The translations under genes and the position numbers were made by a program. Below are positions 1 to 9,226 of a stretch of DNA of 48,582 bases, in pieces. The stretch lies in the sequence record SRR22947725_211; one strand, 5' to 3'. The notes under the pieces were generated by a model that saw only the letters and a list, made by a program, of their open reading frames with translations, ran no database searches and had not been told where the DNA came from. Positions within the stretch are counted from its first letter, which is position 1; each line of letters starts with the position of its first letter.

Positions 1-1075
1 GGATGCGATTTTGTAATTCCTCCAGTTCACCGACCTGAATCTCCATGGCCTTCCACTCTTCATCCAGAGCTTGAAGCTTCTGGCTCTGCCAGAAAAAGAG
101 AAGACTGATAATTAAAATCGCCGCCGCTGCACCGCCGCCGAGCCATTTATTGCGACCTGTAGAAATTTTTTGGCTCCACTCCTGAAAAGCAGTGACCTTG
201 GGTGGCAAGAATTCAAAAGGATTCCTTCGATCCAACAGATAATCGGAAGCTAAACCAAAGGCAGGGCTGTGATGCTGGGAAAGGGTGGAGGGTTTGAGCC
301 CAAGACGATCAGCCACGTCCTGAAGTGCCTGATCAAACTCGCCTCCTGCCCCCTGTTCCGGAAAATAATAACAATACTTCAGAGACGATTGTAAATCGGA
401 AGGTAACTCTCCGGCACTGATCTTGATCTCACGGGCAATCTGCTGGGCATTGGAAGTCTCGTTCAATGATCGTGCCATTGCCAATTTCTGTCCCGAAAGA
501 GCTACCAGATCAAAACCTGAAGAAGTGGGGGACAGGCAAAGAGCATTTGCATCAGGCAGCGAATCCAGAAACCCTCCGCCAGCCCAATGCAGAGACCAGC
601 TCAATGGCTTCAGCCTGGCTGACTCGAGGACCTTGTTGAGATGTGCCAATCGCTGAACTGGAATAGCTGCCATGAAAACATACGATTTACCTTCCGGTGA
701 ATGGAAGGTAGATCTGGCAATGTGCAGATCTTCGACCGGAAATGGGAATTCACGCTCAGCCTGTGTCGCATAAAAGAATTCCAGATCCTCTCCACTTAAA
801 TCAGGAACCTCGGTCCGGAAAGTAAACAACCAGCCAACCGGCAGTGTGGAGACACAGGCCTTTCCCTGCAGGTCCAAGGAATTGAGTTTTTCCCTTAACT
901 GTGTCCCTACCAATTCAGGTTCGACCGAAAAAAGATCTTCAGGAAGATTAAGCTCACCTTTTTCTCGGGACTGACATGCATTCGTAGATTTCCGAACGGA
1001 TTCGAAACGAAGCGTGTCGTAGCGCCAATCCAGACTCAGGACGGATACGGGTTTATTTTGTTTTAAACCGATCAT
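1..1075 (-). CDS. GspL/PilM-like type II secretion inner-membrane platform protein (partial, runs off window start)
   Basis: Not in the ORF track. Manual translation from ATG at 1075 (ATGA overlap with the gspK stop) gives MIGLKQNKPVSVLSLDWRYD...QAEREFPFPVEDL...FEFLPPK...WLGGGAAAAILIISLLFFWQSQKL..., open to position 1. A cytoplasmic domain, then a TM helix and coiled coil, directly after gspK. Confidence 0.7.
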   Translation of the reverse strand, partial: MIGLKQNKPVSVLSLDWRYDTLRFESVRKSTNACQSREKGELNLPEDLFSVEPELVGTQLREKLNSLDLQGKACVSTLPVGWLFTFRTEVPDLSGEDLEFFYATQAEREFPFPVEDLHIARSTFHSPEGKSYVFMAAIPVQRLAHLNKVLESARLKPLSWSLHWAGGGFLDSLPDANALCLSPTSSGFDLVALSGQKLAMARSLNETSNAQQIAREIKISAGELPSDLQSSLKYCYYFPEQGAGGEFDQALQDVADRLGLKPSTLSQHHSPAFGLASDYLLDRRNPFEFLPPKVTAFQEWSQKISTGRNKWLGGGAAAAILIISLLFFWQSQKLQALDEEWKAMEIQVGELEELQNRI

Positions 1076-2253
1076 CTTTGACGTTGCTGTTGCATAAACT
1101 GATTAAGTTCTTGTCGAAGGTTTTGACCGAGTGCCCAACCTTGACGGTCGAGGTCCTTGCGGTAAATCACTACGGGCTCTTCTCCTGCTGTGTCCACCAC
1201 AAACTGAGTTCTTCGAAAACCTTTTCCATTTTTACCCACAGCGGCAACATCAATGGTGTATTGGTAACTCACACCCGTGAAATACTCCTGCGCCTGAGTG
1301 AGGTCTCCATCATCCAGAGCTTGATTGATCCATTCGGTGTCGGCGCCAAGCGGTCCCTGCGCAGCCCGATAGGAAACCAGTTGCTGAGCCTTGGAGGCAT
1401 CCATGCCAGGGAGAACAGAAAGCACTGCCTCGCTGGCTGTATTGACATTCACCTGAAGAGTTTCCTCCCCGGACTCATTCGTATTGCCACTATTTTGTTC
1501 CCCTTCATCTTCTTGTGGGACCTTACCATAAACAGTCACATATTCCACCAAACCAAAGTCAAGAGATCCATTCGCGTTATCGGCGGGGGGAGAAGCGTCA
1601 CCGTCATTCTCATTGGAGTCGAGTATTCCATTGCAGTTGGCATCTTCCCCATATACGAGCAGCGGATCCGCACCATATACCAACATGAGCTCATCGACTG
1701 TATCAAAGGGAGCATTCTTGATTTGCCTGGTCGGATTCAATCGACCATAGGCGTCGCCTTCGGCGCCATTTTCGGAAACTTCATCGTCTTCATCCCGCCA
1801 GTCCACAATGGCAGCAGCGAAATCAGCCGACATATTGGGCAGGTATTCGAGCATTTCCTGTGTCGCCAGGTTGAGATTCAATTTCGATCCTTCATCCACC
1901 AGAGAGAATACGGGAGTAGCGGCAATACTGCTTTCCTGACCGCGGCCGATATACCAGAAAGTTGCTTCACCAATCAAAGCCTGCTGCGCGACATAAGTAT
2001 CCACTTCAGGCAAGGTTCCCGGCTCTTCCAGGTTTGCCAGCAGGTAAGTGGCATAACGGAGGGCTCCATCAATGGCCTGCTGGGCCTGATGACCTTCGTA
2101 AACGTTTCCGGCTGCCTTGAACTCGAAATACATGGAATGGGCAAAATACAGCGTGACACTCACCAGCCCCAAGGAAACCCACATGACAATGATCAACACC
2201 GAACCTTGAGTTCGGTGCCTGAAAGAATGTCTGGATGGACTGTGTATTTCCAT
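1072..2253 (-). CDS. gspK: Type II secretion minor pseudopilin GspK
   Basis: Atypical prepilin N-terminus (QG|SVLIIVMW, no Glu5), DEGSKLNLN, AIVDWRDED, NAPFDTVDELMLV and VNVNTASEAVLSVLPG (HhH) motifs; located in the gsp cluster. Confidence 0.9.
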   Translation of the reverse strand: MEIHSPSRHSFRHRTQGSVLIIVMWVSLGLVSVTLYFAHSMYFEFKAAGNVYEGHQAQQAIDGALRYATYLLANLEEPGTLPEVDTYVAQQALIGEATFWYIGRGQESSIAATPVFSLVDEGSKLNLNLATQEMLEYLPNMSADFAAAIVDWRDEDDEVSENGAEGDAYGRLNPTRQIKNAPFDTVDELMLVYGADPLLVYGEDANCNGILDSNENDGDASPPADNANGSLDFGLVEYVTVYGKVPQEDEGEQNSGNTNESGEETLQVNVNTASEAVLSVLPGMDASKAQQLVSYRAAQGPLGADTEWINQALDDGDLTQAQEYFTGVSYQYTIDVAAVGKNGKGFRRTQFVVDTAGEEPVVIYRKDLDRQGWALGQNLRQELNQFMQQQRQR

Positions 2254-2298
2254 GGATCTTTAACTAGTTTTGATTGTTACCTTAGATATGTCATAAAC

Positions 2299-2327
2299 CA
2301 GACGGCGATTCGAGGCCCTTGGTTACA
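2299..2327 (-). promoter_or_regulatory. Putative ECF sigma-factor promoter upstream of gspK (TGTAAC-N17-CGTCTG)
   Basis: Minus strand reads tgtaac caagggcctcgaatcgc cgtctg, about 45 nt upstream of the gspK ATG. The same motif and spacing recur at 8891-8919. Confidence 0.65.
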
Positions 2328-2379
2328 TCTCATTGTTTGTTGTTATGATTCTCTGTTTCAGCGCAGTCGCCTGATAACA

Positions 2380-3063
2380 CTAGCGTGATTGGTTCAAGAT
2401 GTTCTGCAATAACTGTTGATTATCCTGAACTTCAGCCAATCTGGTCGATAACTGCTCCAGACCGGTGGAAACGTTGGACAGGTTTTCATAGGTGGATTCA
2501 ATTGAGGTGGTTAACTGACCGGTTACTTCCATCAATTCATTGATGGATTCAGAATGGGTCAGGACACCCGTTTGTAAATCCGTCATTTCTGTCCGAATGT
2601 CTTCATCAAGGATTTCAAGGAGTTCCAGCAGGATGTCGATTGATTCCTGACTGGGGAGAGTTGCGTTGTTGAGCCGATAAGTATTGGCTTGCCTGACTAA
2701 ATTGGACGATCCGGGGGTAATTTGAGCCATATCTTGCAAATGTAACCCCAGAGGGGGTCGGATGCCTTGCTTGATTTGCGCCTTGAGTTGAGCAACTTGA
2801 AAGCCAAGCAAAAGGTTAAACAGGAGCAAAAGAACGAGTAAAGCGGTGGTGACAGGATGGGAACGGCTGCTTTGCTGCTTCGAGTGTTGTCCGGCAATGG
2901 ATTCGGATTTACTTGTGCTCCTTGAGTTACCTTCCTCGGCAAGATGAGAAAGCCAGATGGGTGCATTGCAACTGGGACAAGCATCAGTCGTACCTTCCTG
3001 TTCAGAGGAAAATTCAATGCTTGTACTGCAGGAGGGGCAATGGATTTTCTGAGATGCATTCAT
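2380..3063 (-). CDS. Hypothetical membrane protein: N-terminal Zn-ribbon (CPSC...CPSC), single TM helix, C-terminal coiled coil
   Basis: 227-aa ORF with HCPSC-X17-CPSC, hydrophobic TALLVLLLLFNLLLGF and a heptad-rich C-terminus; co-oriented between gspJ and gspK. Confidence 0.75.
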   Translation of the reverse strand: MNASQKIHCPSCSTSIEFSSEQEGTTDACPSCNAPIWLSHLAEEGNSRSTSKSESIAGQHSKQQSSRSHPVTTALLVLLLLFNLLLGFQVAQLKAQIKQGIRPPLGLHLQDMAQITPGSSNLVRQANTYRLNNATLPSQESIDILLELLEILDEDIRTEMTDLQTGVLTHSESINELMEVTGQLTTSIESTYENLSNVSTGLEQLSTRLAEVQDNQQLLQNILNQSR

Positions 3064-3086
3064 GGCGAGTCCATTAAAATCAGGGT

Positions 3087-3845
3087 TTAAATATCATCTT
3101 CCGGAGATTCACCGTCAGCCTCTTCTTCCTCAATTTGGGGAATCGACATCAATGCGATCGTGGATTGCACCGATGGCAAGGCTTCCTCTCTTGAACTTCT
3201 GGATCGGTTTTCAGATTGGGTTTTATCGCGAAGGAATTCAATACGGACACGCACAGCGACGGGTAGCTTGGTCTCATCCACAGTAGAATCCCAATTCTCC
3301 TGCCAATATTCGCCATCATAATATTGAAATGAGAGTGAGCTCACACGGTTTGCAATGGCCTGAGGCAGGATCACACCCGGCACTGAAGGGTTTAGATCTC
3401 TCGTTACTTCCCGGTATAAGGACAAGCCTTCGGACAATTCTGTTCTCCCTTCATTCATGGGTTGTTCAAGATAATAGCGCACCTTTTGAAGGCTCCCCCA
3501 GGGTTGATTCGTGATCGTGATACCCGACAATGTGTAGAACTCCAACTGATCTGTGCGAGATACGCCTCCGCCCAGAGTGTCCCCCCTGAACTCGGAAGCG
3601 AAGATGCTTTCCGTCAACAAACACTGCCTTAAGTCCTTTTCCATCACTTCCACGACACGCATCTGGGAATTGAGTTTGTCCATGCGCGTCTGACTTCGCT
3701 CACGTAGTTCGAGTGATTCCAGAAGAGTAACTTTGATCACCAGCACAATCATGGCAAATGCCACGCTGGCCACGAGGATTTCCAGCAGCGTGAATCCCAT
3801 TGTCATCCGCGCATTCCGCGTTGAAAAAGAAACTTTCGTTTTCAT
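3087..3845 (-). CDS. gspJ: Type II secretion minor pseudopilin GspJ
   Basis: G|FTLLEILVA prepilin motif; C-terminal FQYYDGEYWQENWDS...LPVAVRV typical of GspJ; ATGA overlap with gspI. Confidence 0.85.
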   Translation of the reverse strand: MKTKVSFSTRNARMTMGFTLLEILVASVAFAMIVLVIKVTLLESLELRERSQTRMDKLNSQMRVVEVMEKDLRQCLLTESIFASEFRGDTLGGGVSRTDQLEFYTLSGITITNQPWGSLQKVRYYLEQPMNEGRTELSEGLSLYREVTRDLNPSVPGVILPQAIANRVSSLSFQYYDGEYWQENWDSTVDETKLPVAVRVRIEFLRDKTQSENRSRSSREEALPSVQSTIALMSIPQIEEEEADGESPEDDI

Positions 3846-4249
3846 AAGGAATCGTCCGCAACAAGTGTGGTGAGATTGATTTGATGCCGTTGCCCCTGAA
3901 CAGGGTAAGAAACGATTAGAGTCAACTGCTCCATGTCATCCAAAGGCCAGCCTGCCTGGACCAGTTCCCATTCGTATTGTTCATGAGTCGGGCTGAAATT
4001 CCCGCTACTGCCAGCATATTGCCACTGGTCAGTAGCCACCAGTTCAGTGAGAAGGCTGTTCCCCAGATGAACGGCCGTGCGCTTTCGTTCTGCAATCACA
4101 GAGGCTCGGTTGGCAAGCATCAGGCCCTGCATCACCACTGGGAGCAGGATTGCCATGAAGACCATCGCAGCGAGGACCTCAGCAAAGGTAAAACCTTGTT
4201 GAGATCTGGCTCCTTCAAAGAGTTTCGTTCTGGATAAGGAGCATTTCAT
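3842..4249 (-). CDS. gspI: Type II secretion minor pseudopilin GspI
   Basis: QQG|FTFAEVLAAM prepilin motif, 135 aa, SGNF...YEW pattern; lies between gspH and gspJ. Confidence 0.8.
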   Translation of the reverse strand: MKCSLSRTKLFEGARSQQGFTFAEVLAAMVFMAILLPVVMQGLMLANRASVIAERKRTAVHLGNSLLTELVATDQWQYAGSSGNFSPTHEQYEWELVQAGWPLDDMEQLTLIVSYPVQGQRHQINLTTLVADDSL

Positions 4250-4772
4250 CGTTTTTTCTAATTTCGTAACGCAGCCAGCTGGGACTCCTTACGATCTGCA
4301 ATCGCTGATTTTCCTGCTTCTTGTTCTTCAGATAAAATCCGGGCAGACTGGACGTTTCCAGCTGTCCATCTGGAAAATAAACAATGCTGGGAAATGCCTG
4401 ACTTACCATGGTGGATGTATCCAGTTCGATTTCCAGATGGGTGTTTAATTGGTAGACATACTTCCCACTTTGAACTTTCCCGCCAGTTGGATTATCTGGC
4501 TGGTTACCCATACCAGAAAGCTCGCGCATGCCAAACCGTTGATTCTCCAGGTCAAACCACACCTGCATGGGGTACCCGTTGGAAATAGCTTCATGTCGAG
4601 CCATCTCAATTAAGCCAACAATCCTTCGAGCCTCGTCGTTGAGTGCGGAATTCCGAAAAAATTTGTTCAGGGATGGGGCCGCAATGGCCATCACCCCAGC
4701 AAGCACAACCATCACCATGATGAGCTCGACCAATGTGAATCCTCGAAGAGAACGCTTTCTGGGGAGAGGCAT
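4215..4772 (-). CDS. gspH: Type II secretion minor pseudopilin GspH/FimT-like
   Basis: RG|FTLVELIMVMVV, ARHEAI and YFPDG motifs. Start placed at the ATG at 4772 (MPLPRK...); the ORF extends to 4844. Confidence 0.8.
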   Translation of the reverse strand: MPLPRKRSLRGFTLVELIMVMVVLAGVMAIAAPSLNKFFRNSALNDEARRIVGLIEMARHEAISNGYPMQVWFDLENQRFGMRELSGMGNQPDNPTGGKVQSGKYVYQLNTHLEIELDTSTMVSQAFPSIVYFPDGQLETSSLPGFYLKNKKQENQRLQIVRSPSWLRYEIRKNDEMLLIQNETL

Positions 4773-4899
4773 CACGCGTGCGCATGAAGCGCAAAGGTAT
4801 GGAGGTTGAATGATCATGCATAGATGAAACTGGTTTAACTGCAAGCAGGGAGATGGGTCAAAACCGCCACAGTCCGACAGTCAGGCAAAGCCATGATAT

Positions 4900-5358
4900 C
4901 TAGTTCGCATTGCCGACATCCCAGTTGATGATGTCATCCGAACCTCCTACGCGACCATCAGGGCCCATCGACATGATATCGTATCCACCGTTATTTTGTT
5001 TGCCTGGATACTCATAAGAATACTTGTTGCCCCATGGATCAATAGGAACTCCCTTTTTCAGATAGGGCCCCTGCCAGCTGGTCGCATTGTTTGGTTGATT
5101 GACCAATTCATTCAATCCGTCACTGCCACTTGGGTAATATCCATTGTCAGTTTCGAACATATCCAGAGCAATCTCCAGATTGGCGATCTGACTTCGAGCT
5201 GAAGTTTCTTTTGCCTGCTGGGATCGTCCGGCAAATTTAGGGACGACCACAGCCGCCAATGCAGCAAGGATCACCAGCACCAGCAGCATTTCCACCAAGG
5301 TGAATCCCTGCTGACGTCGAGACCTTACATTTCCTTTTCGTGCGATGTTCAATTTCAT
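4900..5358 (-). CDS. gspG: Type II secretion major pseudopilin GspG
   Basis: QQG|FTLVEMLLV, ALDMFETDNGYYP, WQGPYL, DPWGNKY and SMGPDG...DDI canonical GspG motifs. Confidence 0.95.
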   Translation of the reverse strand: MKLNIARKGNVRSRRQQGFTLVEMLLVLVILAALAAVVVPKFAGRSQQAKETSARSQIANLEIALDMFETDNGYYPSGSDGLNELVNQPNNATSWQGPYLKKGVPIDPWGNKYSYEYPGKQNNGGYDIMSMGPDGRVGGSDDIINWDVGNAN

Positions 5359-5380
5359 AATTCAATGTCATTCAAGTGAG

Positions 5381-6616
5381 TTACTTAATGTAATCCTGGA
5401 TGGTGAAGATAGGAATCACCATTCCGATAAAAATGGTACCTATGAAGCCCGCAATCAAGAACAGCATGAGGGGTTCCATCAATGATACAGCGGTTTTCAA
5501 TTGCTGATCCAGATCTTTCTCGGTAGTGGCAGCCAAGCGCATGAGCTCTTGATCGAGCCGGCCGCTTTCTTCAGCCACCGAAATCATTTCAAGGATGGAA
5601 CCATGAAACAAAACGCGACAATCTGAAAGGCTTCTGGCAAGGGTTTCACCCTTTTTGACGCGCTCAATGGAATCGGTTACCGCATCAACAAGGATTTGAT
5701 TTCCGATGGAACGCCGTGCCACATTTAATCCGTGAATCAGTGGCACACCTGCATTCAATAAAGTGCCCAGCATACGACAAAATCGTGCCATGGCAAATTG
5801 GGCATTGAGTGAGCCGATCACTGGCAAACTGAGCATGCTTTGTTCAAATTTCCTGCGACCCTGATCCGTTGACAGCCAGTTACGGATACCGATTCCCATG
5901 ATTCCCAGACCAATCAGCATGAATAATCCATAGCTTTGGCAGTACTCGCTTGTCGTCACAATGACCTGGGTTAATAAGGGCAGTGCAGCATCGAAACCTT
6001 CAAACAACACCTTGAAGCGCGGTATGAAAAAAACCATCAGGAACACAAGAACGCCAAGGGCAAGAAACAACAGCACCACCGGATAGATCATGGCGGAGAG
6101 CACCTTCCCGCGGAGTTCTTTGTCTCTGGACTGAAAGTCAGCGATTTGACTGAGCACCAAATCGAGAAAGCCACCAGCCTCCCCGGCCTCTACCATGGCG
6201 ACATAGACTTTGGGAAAGGTATCCGGAAAACGCCCCATGGCACTGGCCAGTGACATACCATCCACCACCAGATCATGAACGGCTTTCCAGCGCTCGCCTG
6301 CTGCCGGAGAGGCCGCCTCCCGGTAAAGGATCACCAACGCTCGACTCAAGGGAACCCCTGCAGAAAGAAGTGAAGAGAGTAAGCGCGTAAAGTTCTCCAG
6401 CATTTTGAAAGTAATCCTGCTGGACTTCCAAGGGAGCGGCACGGATCCATCACTGGATGGCTTGCCCGCTGATTTGCTTTCTTTTTCAATCAGCTTGATA
6501 GGCTTCAGACCCAATGCCTCCATTTTGCGAAAGGCATCCTGACGTCCTCCAGCCTCGATGTCACCGTTGGCAACAGTGCCATTGCCGTTGATTGCTTTGT
6601 ATTGATAGAAAGCCAC
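5381..6616 (-). CDS. gspF: Type II secretion inner membrane protein GspF/PilC
   Basis: FYQYKA...G, LLSAGVPL, AGEAGGFL, AMIYP, LNAGVPL, EESGRL and LMEP: two T2SSF repeats. GTG start. Confidence 0.95.
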   Translation of the reverse strand: MAFYQYKAINGNGTVANGDIEAGGRQDAFRKMEALGLKPIKLIEKESKSAGKPSSDGSVPLPWKSSRITFKMLENFTRLLSSLLSAGVPLSRALVILYREAASPAAGERWKAVHDLVVDGMSLASAMGRFPDTFPKVYVAMVEAGEAGGFLDLVLSQIADFQSRDKELRGKVLSAMIYPVVLLFLALGVLVFLMVFFIPRFKVLFEGFDAALPLLTQVIVTTSEYCQSYGLFMLIGLGIMGIGIRNWLSTDQGRRKFEQSMLSLPVIGSLNAQFAMARFCRMLGTLLNAGVPLIHGLNVARRSIGNQILVDAVTDSIERVKKGETLARSLSDCRVLFHGSILEMISVAEESGRLDQELMRLAATTEKDLDQQLKTAVSLMEPLMLFLIAGFIGTIFIGMVIPIFTIQDYIK

Positions 6617-6622
6617 GAGGTA

Positions 6623-8293
6623 CTAGAAAGTTGACAACTCTTCGTCCTTGGTCACACGCATGATTTCATCAGGTGTTGTCATGCCGTCTTCCACAAGACG
6701 CCACCCATCCTGACTCAAGGTCCTCATGCCTTCCTTACGCGCCAGCTCCTTGAGTTCACCGCTGGAACAGTTTTGCAGAATACGCTGTCGAATCGGATAG
6801 CTGATGCCCAGCATCTCAAAAATAGCCCTGCGTCCATGATAGCCCGTCTGACGGCAATCCCGACAGCCCACTGCCTTGTAAATCGTTGATTCAGGATTGA
6901 GCTTGAGGGTTTCACGCAGTGCCTTGACCCGCTCAGAGTGATCTTCAGTCCGGCAGGAATGACAAAGGGTCCGCACCAAACGTTGCGCCAGAACTCCTTC
7001 CAGGGAACTGGCAACCAGGTAGGGCTCGATCCCCATGTCGATCATACGTGTCATGGCACTTGGAGCATCGTTGGTGTGTAAGGTGGAAAAGACAAGGTGA
7101 CCGGTCAAGGAAGCCTGAATCGCTATGCGAGCGGTTTCCTCATCGCGGATTTCACCAATCAACACCACATCAGGATCGTGACGCAGGATAGCTCGCAAGC
7201 CCTTGGCAAAGGTGAGACCTGATTTTTCAGAGACCTGGATCTGATTGATGCCTTTGATCTGGTACTCGACCGGGTCTTCCACCGTTATGATCTTGCGCAC
7301 CATGTCGTTGATCTCGTTCAGCGCGGTATAGAGCGTAGTGGTCTTGCCGCTGCCCGTAGGCCCTGTCACCAGAAAAATGCCATGCGGAACACCAAGGATT
7401 TCCCTGAAAATTCCCAGCTCGCGATCAGCCATGCCAATCTGGCTCAAGTCTGGAATGGAACCATCCTGGCGCAACAAACGCATGACCACCGCTTCACCGT
7501 GCAGCATAGGAATGATGGAAACACGCACGTCAACTTCTCCTTGCCTGACCTTGAGCTTGATGCGGCCGTCTTGTGGCAGGCGTTTCTCGGCAATATTCAG
7601 GTGACTCAAGATTTTGACTCGAGAAACGATGGCGGGTTGAAAGCGCTTGATCTCCGCTGGAACCGGTACTTCCTGAAGGATGCCATCGATGCGGTATCGG
7701 ATCTGTAATTCATCCTCGAAGGGTTCCAGGTGAATATCGGTCGCTCGCAAATCAATGGCGTCACTGAGCACCTGATTGACGAAGCGGATGATCGAGGCAT
7801 CTTCGGCCGCATTCTCCAGATCGTTATCTTCGAAATTCTCCTCATCGACAACTTGAAAGGAACTGTCATCCTTCAATGAGTCAATGGTATCCGCCCCCAC
7901 CCCCAGGCGTTTTTTGATTTCTCTTTGAATCGCTTCGGCAGGAGCCAGCACCGGGTTCAATTTGAGTCCGGTGAGTGATTTCAAGGTATCCAGGCCTTGG
8001 GTGGCAAAGAGTCGGCTGGTGGCGATATCCACCGAACCGTTTTCTCGACTCAATGGGAGTAGGCCTTCTTTGAGCAATAATCTGGCAGGGAACAGACCCA
8101 GAACTTCCTTCGAGATTTCAAGATTCTCAAGGTCAGAGAAAGAAACCGAATACTCCTCGGCCAGCCATTGGAGAATTTCAGTCTCAGATTCATAGGAGCC
8201 CTCCGCCCCGTTGCCTTTTTGCTTCATAAGCCATTTGGCGTCAGAAGCGGAGAGCTGCCGGGACTCAACCATTTGATTTAACAACTCATTCAT
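6623..8293 (-). CDS. gspE: Type II secretion ATPase GspE/PilB
   Basis: ATDIHLEP, RLPQDGR, Walker A GPTGSGKTT, EDPVE, LRHDPD, GEIRD, TGHLVFSTLHTN and a tetracysteine motif. Confidence 0.95.
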   Translation of the reverse strand: MNELLNQMVESRQLSASDAKWLMKQKGNGAEGSYESETEILQWLAEEYSVSFSDLENLEISKEVLGLFPARLLLKEGLLPLSRENGSVDIATSRLFATQGLDTLKSLTGLKLNPVLAPAEAIQREIKKRLGVGADTIDSLKDDSSFQVVDEENFEDNDLENAAEDASIIRFVNQVLSDAIDLRATDIHLEPFEDELQIRYRIDGILQEVPVPAEIKRFQPAIVSRVKILSHLNIAEKRLPQDGRIKLKVRQGEVDVRVSIIPMLHGEAVVMRLLRQDGSIPDLSQIGMADRELGIFREILGVPHGIFLVTGPTGSGKTTTLYTALNEINDMVRKIITVEDPVEYQIKGINQIQVSEKSGLTFAKGLRAILRHDPDVVLIGEIRDEETARIAIQASLTGHLVFSTLHTNDAPSAMTRMIDMGIEPYLVASSLEGVLAQRLVRTLCHSCRTEDHSERVKALRETLKLNPESTIYKAVGCRDCRQTGYHGRRAIFEMLGISYPIRQRILQNCSSGELKELARKEGMRTLSQDGWRLVEDGMTTPDEIMRVTKDEELSTF

Positions 8294-8345
8294 GGCGAGT
8301 CTAATAGAGTATTTTTTTGAAATAATTCTGGCGGTTGGCCATCCA

Positions 8346-8879
8346 TCAAGGAATCAAACCGATGGTGACTGCGACCGCTTCTTGCTTGATCGTCAAAACG
8401 GACTTCAATGTTTCCTGTGATTTCTTGAGAACCGCCTCCTTCTTGGCACGTGCCTTGCGGAAGGCACTGAGCTTGGCTTCGATATTGTTTCCAGACTCGA
8501 TCGCCTTTTGAAGTGCACTCATTTCAGGGTTACCAGCATCACGGTCACCACCACGTCCGCTTCGTCCACCAAAACCGCCAAACCCCGCAAAACTGCGCCC
8601 ACCAGTTCGAGCTTCACGTTGTTTCTCTTGAATGTCCTCAATTAAAGGTTGAATCGCTTTGAACTCAGCGTCGGAAAAACCAAAGCGCTCCTTGATTGAG
8701 TCCATGATGCGGGCCCGCATTTCAGAAAAATCAAAATTCCCGCGACCACCGCCGCGGCCACCACGCTCACCACGCTCACCACGCTCACCGCGGCCTTGGG
8801 CAGATACATCTATGCTGGATGAGAGAGAGATCGCTGCCAGAGCGACCACAAATGTCATTGTCTTTAAAATATTGTTCAT
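8346..8879 (-). CDS. Secreted helical hypothetical protein (possibly Spy/CpxP-like) with G/R-rich low-complexity segments
   Basis: Signal peptide ending DVSA|Q, GERGERGERGG repeats and a C-terminal LKSVLTIKQEA (LTxxQ-like); first gene upstream of gspE. Confidence 0.7.
   Translation of the reverse strand: MNNILKTMTFVVALAAISLSSSIDVSAQGRGERGERGERGGRGGGRGNFDFSEMRARIMDSIKERFGFSDAEFKAIQPLIEDIQEKQREARTGGRSFAGFGGFGGRSGRGGDRDAGNPEMSALQKAIESGNNIEAKLSAFRKARAKKEAVLKKSQETLKSVLTIKQEAVAVTIGLIP
8761..8787. repeat. Tandem 9-bp repeat (CCACGCTCA)x3 encoding Gly-Glu-Arg x3
   Basis: ccacgctca ccacgctca ccacgctca read directly. Confidence 0.9.
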
Positions 8880-8890
8880 ACGAGAGGAAG

Positions 8891-8919
8891 TAGACGCAAG
8901 GAGGACCTCTGTGGTTACA
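8891..8919 (-). promoter_or_regulatory. Putative ECF sigma-factor promoter (TGTAAC-N17-CGTCTA) driving the gsp cluster
   Basis: Minus strand reads tgtaac cacagaggtcctccttg cgtcta, 11 nt before the ATG at 8879 (near-leaderless). It matches the general ECF AAC/CGT architecture and the copy at 2299-2327. Confidence 0.7.
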
Positions 8920-9226
8920 GAGATTTGAAATGAAAATCATTTGAATACATCAACTTTCTTGACTCCACGGCAATCCATTTGTTGCCAGAAAAGACAAGCG
9001 TCAACAAAACCACATGACACCTCACACTAAAATTTGTTTTTAATAATTCATGCACAACGACTTGAGATACATAATCTCGAATTGGAAGACCTTCCGCAGG
9101 AACCTTGAAACCCTAAGATGACTATACCTTCGAGGAGTCCAACATAGTCTCGAAGCCATCATTCAAGCCGCAGTCGAAACGAGAAATAAAGTAGTCTGGC
9201 AAGAAGATGACAGCATCCAAATTCAC

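Noticed and set aside
1078-2388. 436-aa plus-strand ORF
   Set aside because: It is the antisense shadow of gspK, with no recognisable motifs.
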